Source of the DNA: Octopus sinensis
Taxonomy: Eukaryota
Length of the DNA stretch: 64,000 bases
Direction: 5' to 3'
Assembly: GCF_006345805.1 (NCBI RefSeq)
Contig: NC_042997.1
Location: 133,672,001-133,736,000 of the forward strand
The first letter of the stretch is position 1. Each line of letters starts with the position of its first letter. The translations under genes and the position numbers were made by a program. This document shows, piece after piece, positions 51,877 through 64,000 of the stretch. Under the pieces are notes generated by a model. The model was not told the origin of the DNA. It saw only the letters and a program-made list of their open reading frames with translations, and made no database searches.

Positions 51877-52112
51877 GACGTGTGTGTGTATACATTTTGT
51901 GTGTTTGTGTCTGTGTTTGTTCCCCCACCACTACCACCGTCGCGTGACAACCGATGTTGGTGTGCTATGTACCCGTAAATTTGCGATTCGGCAAAAGAGA
52001 TCGATATAATAACCACGCTTAAATCGAATAAATCCTGAGTTGATTTGTTTGACTAAAACCTCTTAAGGTAATACTCCAACATGCCGTAGTCAAAATGACC
52101 GAAGCAAATAAA
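51580..52112. mobile_element. Two SINE-A 3' halves in inverted orientation joined at (TA)n
   Basis: 51580-51810 minus and 51880-52112 plus. Confidence 0.85.
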
Positions 52113-52127
52113 GAATATATATATGTG

Positions 52128-52199
<72 letters not shown>

Positions 52200-52270
52200 T
52201 ACATATATATATATAAGAGAACTTACTGTGAACAAGGCTGCATGGCGTTCGATTATACATAAATAAAAAG

Positions 52271-52790
52271 TACACATTAAGTACAGGAATCGCCAACGAG
52301 TGATAAATACGTAAACCACCAAGAGAAAAGTATGGGACAAAATACCAAAAGAAGTCTCAGTCCTCCTCAGTTGTCGACTTTTATTACTTCCTATTTCGTG
52401 CTTTCAACGACAAGATAGGAAAATTTCATAAGACAGCAGCATCCAGAAATTTTTAGAATATAAAGTTTGTGGCGAGTTAGGGCCTCGAACGAAAAGCAAC
52501 AACAGATTGGACGTACAGAGTAAACATACGACGAAAACAAACATTGAGGGCCGTCAGATTAAGACGAATGGTAATGGGTAACGCCTGGGAGAAATTTTGA
52601 AAGAATATAGAATAAATATATTCCTTCAAAATTATGAGGTTTTCCTATCTTGTCGTTGAAAGCACGAATAGGAGTGATAAATAGTAGACAACTGAGGAGG
52701 AGTTAGACTTCTTTTGGTATTTTGTCCCGTACTTATCTCTCGCTAGGTGTTTGCGTATTTTTTCGGGTGATATCCTGCACTTTATGAGTA
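52271..52790. mobile_element. Inverted-repeat element (~160-bp arms, 200-bp spacer), possibly Penelope-like
   Basis: 52271-52431 is the reverse complement of 52632-52790 (e.g. tcgtgctttcaacgacaagataggaaaa). Confidence 0.75.
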
Positions 52791-52800
52791 TTTCACACAC

Positions 52801-52934
<134 letters not shown>

Positions 52935-52967
52935 GTATGTATATGTATGTATATGTATGCATGTACT

Positions 52968-53190
52968 CTCTCTTTTACTTGTTTCAATCATTTCACCGTG
53001 GCCATTCTGTAGCACCGCCTTTTAGTCGAGCAAATAGAACCCCATGACTTATTCTTTGTAAGCCTAGTACTTATTCTATCGGTCATTTTACTGAACCGGT
53101 AAGTTACAGGGAACGTAAACACACCAGCATCGGTTGTCAAGCGAAGTTGGGGGGACAAACACAGACACACAAACATATACACATGCATAC
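52968..53190 (-). mobile_element. SINE-A 3' half
   Basis: Family tail and body motifs. Confidence 0.85.
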
Positions 53191-54174
53191 ATATATATAT
53201 CTCAGAGTGATAATAAATAAATATATATATATATTATTAATTTGCCTGTACGGCTTACGCTCGCGGCTAACTAGGATATTATTTTTTTAGAAATATTATC
53301 GTTCTCAAATTTATTACTGGCGGACTGCGTCTAAAATTATTGGTTGCCAGAAGACTAAGGGGGCCCAACCGCAACTACAATGATATCATTTAATTATTTT
53401 TTTGTGAAATGTATCCTTTTCAACTGTCTACAAGCCAGGTTGAAATAATGAATGCATTCTTCCAGGAGTTAATAAAAAAAATTCTCAAACTTGAGGGGAT
53501 GGGACCTTTAGATACTAACATGGACCCCCCATATATGGATTCTAATGGCGCCATCGGACAAGCTGGCAACTTGGCCAGTCTGCCACTGCATATACATACA
53601 TACATATTTCGTCCTTCGTCGAAAGACACCTATTGTGTTCTGTTATTATATTTATTGTTTTTTTTTATTGTATTTATATTTGTGTAACATTGTCCGTTTT
53701 TTCCGTCCTTGTTTTTGTATACATTCGCTGCCTTCTTCCAAGGAACCTAATGCTCTTAGCTTAGTTTTTCCTTGGGGCTGGCCAGATTGTTCTCTTATAT
53801 ATAAAGAGGGAGGGGAGGGATGGAGAGAGAGAGAGAGAGTGATAGATAGGTATCGATATAGATATGTTGATACATACTTATATACGCACGCATTCATACA
53901 CATTTAAGCGTGGTAGAGTAGGAAAATGAGCGTTAAAATGATATTGCTCATGATGTTATATAGGTGTGTGGTGGATAAAAAACGGAGAAGTAACTTTTTT
54001 AAGGCATTAAATTATTTATAAAGAAGATGCCCAAATATACATTTAAATATAATTAAGCACAACGTTGCAAGATAGTCCATGGTAGTCGTTCATAAATGGG
54101 TAGATATCCAGAGATTACATTTTCGAAAATATCATTGAGAAGAAAGAAGAATATCCGACTCACACTCAAACAGA

Positions 54175-54548
54175 CACACGTAATCGTGGCACTCCGTCGG
54201 TTACGACGATGAGGGTTCCAGTTGATCCGATCAACAGAACAGCCTGCTCTTGAAATTAACGTGCAAGTGGCTGAGCACTCCACAGACACGTGTACCCTTA
54301 ACATAGTTCTCTGGGGAGATTCACCGTGACACTGAGTGTAACAAGGTTGTTTCTTTTGAAATACAGGTACAACAGAAACAGGAAGAAAGAGCGAATGCTG
54401 TGGTAAACGGGTACAGCAGGGATCACCACCACACCCTGCCGGAGCCTCGTGGAGCTCTTAGGTGTTTTTGCTCAAAAAACACTCACAACGCCCGGGTTGG
54501 GAATCGAAACCGCGAGTCCGCTGCCCTAACCACTGGGCCATTGCGACC
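54175..54548 (-). mobile_element. SINE family C (tail type 3)
   Basis: Head shared with 14737 and 49688; different 3' region ending cgtcgtaaccgacggagtgcca. Confidence 0.8.
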
Positions 54549-54595
54549 CCACACACACGTAATATATAGTTTCATGCATGCATATATACATATAA

Positions 54596-55420
54596 GGCGG
54601 CAAGCTGGCAGAAATGTTAGCACGCCGGGCGAAATGCTTAGCAGTATTTCGTCTGCCGCTACGTTCTGAGTTCCAATTCCGCCGAGGTCGACTTTGCCTT
54701 TCATCCTTTCAGGATCGATTAAATAAGTACCAGTTACGCACTGGGGTCGATATAATCGACTTAATCCCTTTGTCTGTCCTTGTTTGTCCTCTCTGTGTTT
54801 AGCCCCTTGTGGGTAGTAAAGAAATAGGTATTCTGAGTTCAAATTCCGCCAAGGTCGACTTTGCCTTTCCTCCTTTCGAGGACGATTAAGTTCAAATTCC
54901 ACCAATGTCGACTTTGCCTTTTATCCTTTCGGTGTCGATAAATTAAATACCAGTTGGGTACAGAGGTCGATCTAATCCACTGGCTCTCTCCAACAAGATA
55001 TCGGGCCTTGTTCCCAAAGTAGAAAAGAATATTTTCATCCGGTAAGGCGCTACCAGCCGCTACCTTCTGAGTTCAAATTCCGCTGAGGTCGACTTTGCCT
55101 TTCATTCTTTCGGAGTCGATAAATTAAGTACCAGCTACGCACTGGAGTCGATATAATTGACTTAATCCCTTTGTCCTTGTTTGTCCCCTCTATCCCTTGC
55201 AGGCAATAATGAAATAAGAAACGTTAGCACGCCGGGCGAAATATTTTGCGATATTTTGTCTGTTTTTACGTTCCGAGTTCAAATTCCGCCGAGGTTGACT
55301 TTGCCTTTCATCCTTTCGGGGTCGATAAATTAAGTACCAGTTGCATACTGGTGTCGATCTAATCGACTGGCTCCCTCCCCCCAAAATTTTGGGCCTTGTG
55401 CCTAGCGAAGAAAAGAATAT
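54596..55420 (+). mobile_element. SINE-B cluster, about five units (B1 and B2)
   Basis: Repeated gagttcaaattccgc...gtcgactttgcctttcatcc. Confidence 0.9.
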
Positions 55421-55957
55421 TTCCCTTGCATATTGTGACGATGTAGTTAAGGGTTAACATGAAGACTGGTGATTTGTCAGTTGGCTTATGGAATAGCAGT
55501 AATTACTCTGTGGCGTCGAATAAAAGAGACATGGTTTTTAATTCTCACGTGGCTGTCATTTTATATCGATTTTCATATTGGCTATGTAAATCTGCACAAA
55601 AGCATTTTTTTTTGTAGAAAAAGTTAGCATACACAAAATAAAAAAACAGCAACAACAAAATAACAGCTACACTCGCACGCATTCACATATGATATATGAG
55701 GAATGCTACGCAATACAGTCATCAGCTATCTTTCTATTTGAAAGCAGATATTACTTTTATGGCATAGTATATGCATAAAACATATGTATATAGTCTTTGC
55801 TGCAATATTACAATATTCCAAAATCTAAAAGCTTACACACGCACACACATACGCGTGCGTACACACACATATGTATGTGCATATATATATGCATGTATAT
55901 TTTATATACCACACATACGTATACGTTTATTTGCACATATATACAATACATATATAC

Positions 55958-56002
<45 letters not shown>

Positions 56003-56329
56003 TATATATATATATATAATATAATATATATATATATATATACACACTATATACAATCATCATGCATGCATGCATGCATACATACAAAAATACCCCATTG
56101 TTGATGTAGAAATTCCAATGAAGGAGCCTTGGATCTAGGATAGAAACCGATTCTTTCTCTATGGGCAAGAAATTTTGAAATAAACTGAATAATGACATAC
56201 ATACATACATACATATTACATATATACGTACGTACATACATACATGCATACATGCATACATACATGCATACATACATGCATACATACATACTTACATACA
56301 TATTAAAGTTTAAGATTGTAGCAAAAATG

Positions 56330-57671
56330 AGCAACAAGAACGAAATACATATTAGTACTTTGTGCCATAGGCTTTATTCTTAATAACGGCTGAACAACGC
56401 CTCGGCATTGAATTCGCTAAGTGGTTTCAAAATTCTATGGGAATGTTTTGCCATATTTCATTCATATAATCGAATAATTGCTTTAGATTAGATGGGTTTT
56501 TTAGCATGGACTTTTTTTGGAAACATAATTCTACAAGCTCTTGATCGGATTCAGGTCCGGGCTCTGGGGAGTCCATTCGATTACGTCAATATTGTGGTGA
56601 TCAAAAAATTCCTTTTTGTCTTTGTGCACAGGACTATTGTCCTGCTGATAAATAGCCCCCGGAGGCATTTGGTGAGTTAAATACGACACAACATTCTCCT
56701 TTAGTAGATTCATATAATCTACACTATTTAGCTTTCCATCAACTTTAACTTGAGGGCCAAACACCAAAGCTACTAAATGATGCCCACACCATCACACCCC
56801 TACCTCTGCTTGCGCCGTCTTTTTCACGCATTTCGGATGGAATTCCTCGGTTGGGCGACGTCTGACGTATGTTTTACCATCTGATCCAAATATATAGAAG
56901 CGTGACTCGTCACTCCAATCTTCGGCAATCCATTGAGCATGGCTTTTTGAGAAATTAAGGCGTTTGAGTCAATTTCTTTCGGATATTATTGGCTTTTTCC
57001 TAGCGATTCGTCCATGTAGTCCAAATTCTCTCAAACGGTTGCGGACGGTTTGTGGTGTAAAAATAACACCATTCTCGTTGGACAATTGTATACAAATGTC
57101 AAAGGCTGTCAGCATTCGGTTGCCTTCCGAAAGTCAGTGGATTCGATGGTCGTTTTTCTGCGCCGTCGTTTTTCTTGGGGCGCCAGTCCTTTGTTGATCT
57201 TTATATTAACCAGTCTCCGAGTATAACTTCCACGCTTGCATGCAAGCTGTTTTACTGCACTTTAGTTGCTTGCTGATGTTCGAGAAGGAAACTTTTTGCT
57301 GGTGGAGTAATACAATTTTTGCTCTTGTGACTGTTGCTTTCCCATTATTAATCAATTGTATAATAATGTTAAATTATAATACTATATAGTGCAGCTAGGC
57401 TAGTTGTGTGACCACCCAATTTAGCAAAAAAAAATTGCATACATATTACATGGTCTTAAACTAATTTTGCCAGTAAATTTGAAACGTTTATATTAACTTA
57501 GCATTAGAATTCTTCAAGTTGTATAAAAATAGCTATTGTCTGCATCATTCGAAAGAGAAATAAATTCTGCATAAGGTGTAAAAGATAGAAATAATTTGTA
57601 TGGTGTTAGTAACAAAATATTTTGTAAGAAATAGAACTTTTATCATAGAAATAGAACTTTTATCGCCAGTG
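56330..57671 (-). mobile_element. Tc1-like DNA transposon, one terminus missing
   Basis: Candidate end cgccagtg|TA at 57671; no matching left TIR found next to the (TACA)n tract. Confidence 0.8.
56352..57345 (-). pseudogene. Tc1 transposase pseudogene (DD34E-like), nearly full length
   Basis: VRNRLREFGLHGRIARKKP; WSDESRFYIFGSDG; QQDNSPVH; WTPQSPDLNPI; SMPRRCSAVIKNKAYGTKY*; internal stops and deletions. Confidence 0.92.
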
Positions 57672-58480
57672 TATGGTGAATAAAATCAAAGTAAGCAACA
57701 TGATATCATAAGGTGATGCAGTGCGACCGTTTCAAGCGATCCGTTTAATTGAACAATGAAATTATTGCATCAATTAAAATGCAGGGTTATTCTCAGCTGC
57801 ATTAATAAATAGAATTTTTTAATCAGTTGGACACATTAATATAATTTTTCTTAAATTCTCTAATAGAGCAAGAAGAGGGGAAAAGTCCATGTTGCTACTA
57901 ATGTAGCACAAAATATACTACACTTCTAAGAACACTATGAAGTTTGTTAGGGTCATAGCTTGTAATAGATTGTGGTTCATTTTTAATTTATTAATCTTTT
58001 TTATCTGCTACCAAATCTAAGGCTAGAGGACAGTGTCTGTTTAGAATGGATAGAAGGAGTGAGTTGACAGTTTGATCATAAATATTGTCAGGATTTTAGG
58101 AAATGTGTAAGTAATTGTCTATAAAGGATGCTGGGTAGAGAAGACCCTAAATCAAAATGTTAATTACTAGTTTAAGGGGCAAGACGGTTATAAAACCTAT
58201 GATGTTAATACAGAGGAAATTACCATGGGTACAATGGATGACTGCATATAAACAATATTGTTGCATGAAGATAAATTTAAGATTACTAAACCAGAAAAGA
58301 TAAACACCACTGGAAAATACGAAAACTAAAAGAAGCAGCACATAAGCTAGGACACAACAACCTCCTAAGCAGACCGAGTGCAGATATGAATAGCATATGG
58401 GAACCAGTATTAAGGAAGGATAGGAGAATATTAGATTTATGAGCCCTAAAATTCACTCCATAATTGCCCACGGCGTAGTG

Positions 58481-58553
58481 GGCAATTATGGCGTAGTGGT
58501 TGAGCGCAGGCTAGAAACCCCCAAGATTCCAAGTTCGATTCCAGGGAGTGTCC
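58481..58553 (+). pseudogene. Degenerate tRNA-derived head
   Basis: A-box tggcgtagtgg and B-box agttcgattcc, poor stems; the 5' junction forms a 10-bp hairpin taattgccca/tgggcaatta (58461-58488). Confidence 0.55.
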
Positions 58554-58555
58554 TG

Positions 58556-58596
58556 AATAATAATAAGAAGAAGAAGAAGAAGAAGAAGAAGAGGAA

Positions 58597-58665
<69 letters not shown>

Positions 58666-58720
58666 TAATAATAATAATAACAACAACAACAGCAACAACA
58701 ACAACAACAACAACAACAAA
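58556..58720. repeat. (AAG)n(AAT)n(AAC)n
   Basis: Seen directly. Confidence 0.95.
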
Positions 58721-58860
58721 TACCTTAGGAATGAGAATCCAGGTTCGAAATTTCCCCAAGAAGACCTGATGAAGGCTGCAGGGTATATCAGCCGAAACTT
58801 TGTGTTAACAACGAACAAGACGAGGACAAATATCCGTCAAATGTAAATAATGTACATGTA
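58720..58860 (+). mobile_element. Penelope-like terminal-repeat fragment with hammerhead core at 58766-58800
   Basis: ctgatga-a-ggctg(cagggtatat)cagcc-gaaa; homologous to 43021-43140. Confidence 0.75.
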
Positions 58861-59218
58861 TGGCTGTCACTAGGAGTGGAGACTGACTTACATGCTACGT
58901 ACAAGACTTTTACTGCTTTCAGGGTTTGTGCATTTACAAACAGACTCCAAATACTATATCGACCTTCCTCTGTTAGATTCAGCGGAGCATCCAGATGAGA
59001 GAGAGAGAGAAGGCTGCTGCTGCAGCAGCAGCAGTTAGCTGGTGCTCAGGAGTAACATAACATGAAGTGGATTAACGCGCCGCCCAATCCAAGGATCGAA
59101 ACCATGGAGCTTCTTATGCTTGCGAGCATCACACACTAGCTATTATTTTACTTACCTTCAGTAATGTAATTACGGGGAGAGTGAAAGAATCTCTTTGTTA
59201 TAATAAGTAGCACACGGT

Positions 59219-59318
59219 NNNNNNNNNNNNNNNNNNNNNNNNNNNNNNNNNNNNNNNNNNNNNNNNNNNNNNNNNNNNNNNNNNNNNNNNNNNNNNNNNN
59301 NNNNNNNNNNNNNNNNNN
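59219..59318. other. Assembly gap (100 N)
   Basis: Exactly 100 N, typical of a gap of unknown size; adjacency across it is not guaranteed. Confidence 0.99.
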
Positions 59319-59338
59319 CAATTTTTCCTTACTAAATA

Positions 59339-59339
<1 letters not shown>

Positions 59340-59390
<51 letters not shown>

Positions 59391-59391
59391 C

Positions 59392-59428
<37 letters not shown>

Positions 59429-59774
59429 ATCTATCTATCTATCTATCTGTCTATCTTTCTATCTTTTCTATCTCCCTTGCTACCAAATCCTTTCCCTTTG
59501 GTGTCAGTCCACTACACTACAGAATCTCATTGAATCCGTCCCACGTCCCCACTTGACAGTTTACAACCCGCTACCTTTATCGAGCTACCAAACACCGTCG
59601 TTGTAGTCGTTTAACAACAAATAATTCCCCACCACCATCACCCTCAAGAATACACCTATACCCACTTCTTTCATATCCTTTTCCTTACTTCTATTTTTTC
59701 TCTCTGCTCTACTTAAACATTTTTTTTTTGCCTTTCCATTCGTTTCTCCGTTCTCTCTCTTACAATCCTCTCCA

Positions 59775-59865
<91 letters not shown>

Positions 59866-59884
59866 TTATATATTTATCTATCTC

Positions 59885-59973
<89 letters not shown>

Positions 59974-59974
59974 C

Positions 59975-60037
<63 letters not shown>

Positions 60038-60046
60038 CCTACCTAC

Positions 60047-60113
<67 letters not shown>

Positions 60114-60115
60114 GT
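59340..60115. repeat. (TCTA)n tracts
   Basis: Seen directly (59340-59460 and 59776-60112). Confidence 0.95.
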
Positions 60116-60879
60116 CAGCTAGCTAACTGTTTGTTTCTCTCTCTCTCTCTCACTATCTATCTATCTATCTTTCTATTTTCCCTTCATTCTCATGTTTTTT
60201 TTTTTCTGTTTTCTCTCATTCTTTTTCTCCCCCCCTCTCTTATTTCTCTTTTGTCTTTTCTATCTTCTCAGATTTTCTCTACCCACACCTCTTCACTTTC
60301 AGCTATACTCAGACTCCCACGGAGTGGGAAAAAAATGTCCTACACTAGTTGTATAGTTTGTACACACATACATGCCCGTACATAAATGCTCCGCTCTTCT
60401 CTCTCTCTCTCTCTCTCTCCTATATATGATCGTTTTTGCGTGTATGTATCTATATAGCACCCTTTGTGCGCGTGTGCGTTTGTGTTTGTATGTTTGTGTG
60501 TGTGTGTGTGTATGTACGCGTAGGAAGATGGGTTGACAGCGGCATACTCAGGCCAACTGAATGATCCAACTGTCTACCAGTATGTGCATGTAGGACCAGC
60601 CGAACGAAGAATAACAGTTGGGAGAGAACCATTTTTGTTTTCGCCTTTTCAACACCCCTGGATCTGTGAGACCAAAGATTGGTCCCAGGTGGCATTAATT
60701 CTCTCAAGGCGACTCGATACCCGTTTTTTCTTACTTTCGTGTTGCTTTCTTTTTCATTGTTTTCATATCTCCGATTTCTTTCTAAACCCTTCATTCTCCC
60801 AGCACTTTGTAACCTGTTCTGCTATGCCCCCCCCCTAAAGTTTACGACAAAATGCTTTGCATTATTCCTTCCGATTAGA

Positions 60880-61300
60880 GATACGTTCTGAGTTCAAATT
60901 CCGTTAGGGGTCAATAAAAATACCAGTCAAATATTACGGTTGATGTTATCAATTAAATTGTTCCCTCAAAATTACTGGGTTCATACCTAAATTAGAAACA
61001 GTTAATATCAGTGCCCCAGCTTGGCCGCAGCCTTTAGTTGAAACTGATAACTGGATAATAGAAAAGTTATTATCTTGATTGGCGATACGATAACACGTCA
61101 GGAAAATGCTTAGAGGTATTTATTTTTCCTCTGGATTTTTACATTCTGCTTTCAAATCGCGGGAATGTCGACTTTTGTCTTTCATTCTTCTGGGATCGAT
61201 ATAATAAACTGTCAACCAAAGAACTAGGTTTGATGGAATCGACTTGCCCCACTCTCCTCAAAAGTGCTGGCCTTGTGCCAAAATTGGAAAGAATTATAAA
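60880..61300 (+). mobile_element. Degenerate SINE-B-related copies
   Basis: gttctgagttcaaattcc; gtcgacttttgtctttcattc; ggccttgtgcc. Confidence 0.7.
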
Positions 61301-62069
61301 TAGCCGAACTAGTTGTTGTTCTTTTGTTGCTGTTTTACAAAGACATTGTTATTTATATTTGTTTTTTCTTTTTAATTCTTAACACAAAGAATGAAATAAA
61401 AGTTGAATTTAGTAATACGAGAAGATTTAGAAAAACACACTGCTGCGTGCTCGCGCATACACACAAAACACACACACAGAAACACAGAGTTCAGCGGCAC
61501 AAACAGAAATAGAAGCCAATGCTGTCGTATGTGCGCGTATATATTAAATACGTGTGTATGTATGTATGCGTGTTTGTGTTAGGTATGTGTGCGAGTTTGT
61601 GTGTTTCTCTGTGTGTGTGTGTGTGTGTGTGTGTTGTGATAATAAACGGCAGCAAAGTTACAGAAACGACTCAAAAGTCCGAGGGTTTCGTGTATTGTAT
61701 TTTTTTCACTTATCGTGTTGCGCATACATAAAACTCTCGGCCCTCGAGTCACTTCTATAATTTCTCTGCTCTCTATCTCTCCCGTATTTTCCCCCTTCTT
61801 TCTATAGATAGAAATGTTTTTCTTGCCATTATTAAAATTTATATATATATATAACGGTTAAGTAAACAAACTTTCACCGTTATTTTATACAAGTTTCGCG
61901 CTACCGTCTTTTGACACAACTGAGGTTTTGGAATGTCAAGATGTCAAGACCTTAATTGTTTTAAAAAGCAGTAATTTAAATCTCGAATAAACGACAATGG
62001 ATATTTTAATTTGTTTTCTGTTAATATGTCTATGTATTGAGTATTTTCGTGTGGGCCGCGCGCTTGTAT

Positions 62070-64000
<1,931 letters not shown>

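Noticed and set aside
58481-58553. Functional tRNA gene
   Set aside because: A/B boxes are present but the acceptor, anticodon and T stems do not pair; likewise 40954-41030 is defective.
59154-59218. Strong minus-strand donor gaag|gtaagt with one open frame running into the gap
   Set aside because: Only ~60 bp are visible, the peptide is unrecognisable and the acceptor is hidden by Ns.

Overview
Repeat-saturated, AT-rich eukaryotic non-coding DNA. The SINE families and extreme microsatellite load look like an octopod cephalopod (Octopus) genome; this is recognition from memory, not a database match. I found no host protein-coding exon, rRNA, functional tRNA or CRISPR array, and nearly all ORFs in the supplied track are translations of simple repeats. 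The real coding remnants are all transposon-derived: three CR1-clade LINE pieces, four RTE-clade pieces, one Tx1/L1-clade LINE and two Tc1-type transposases. There is also a non-autonomous Helitron, several fold-back/MITE-like elements, Penelope-like fragments and about 30 copies of 3-4 tRNA-derived SINE families (called A, B, C/D here). The most interesting signals form a retroelement network: (1) SINE-B shares its last 42 nt (37/42) with the 3' end of the Tx1-like LINE, and SINE-A shares its tail with a CR1-like LINE; (2) the Tx1 copy sits inside a (GATA)n tract; (3) SINE-B occurs as head-to-tail multimers bracketed by a single target-site duplication (TSD); (4) three short repeats carry degenerate minimal hammerhead ribozyme folds, and an RTE 5' end carries a partial HDV-like fold; (5) there are several long palindromes, one apparently split at its apex by an insertion. 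A 100-N scaffold gap lies at 59219-59318. Most element boundaries are approximate unless a TSD or TIR is quoted.
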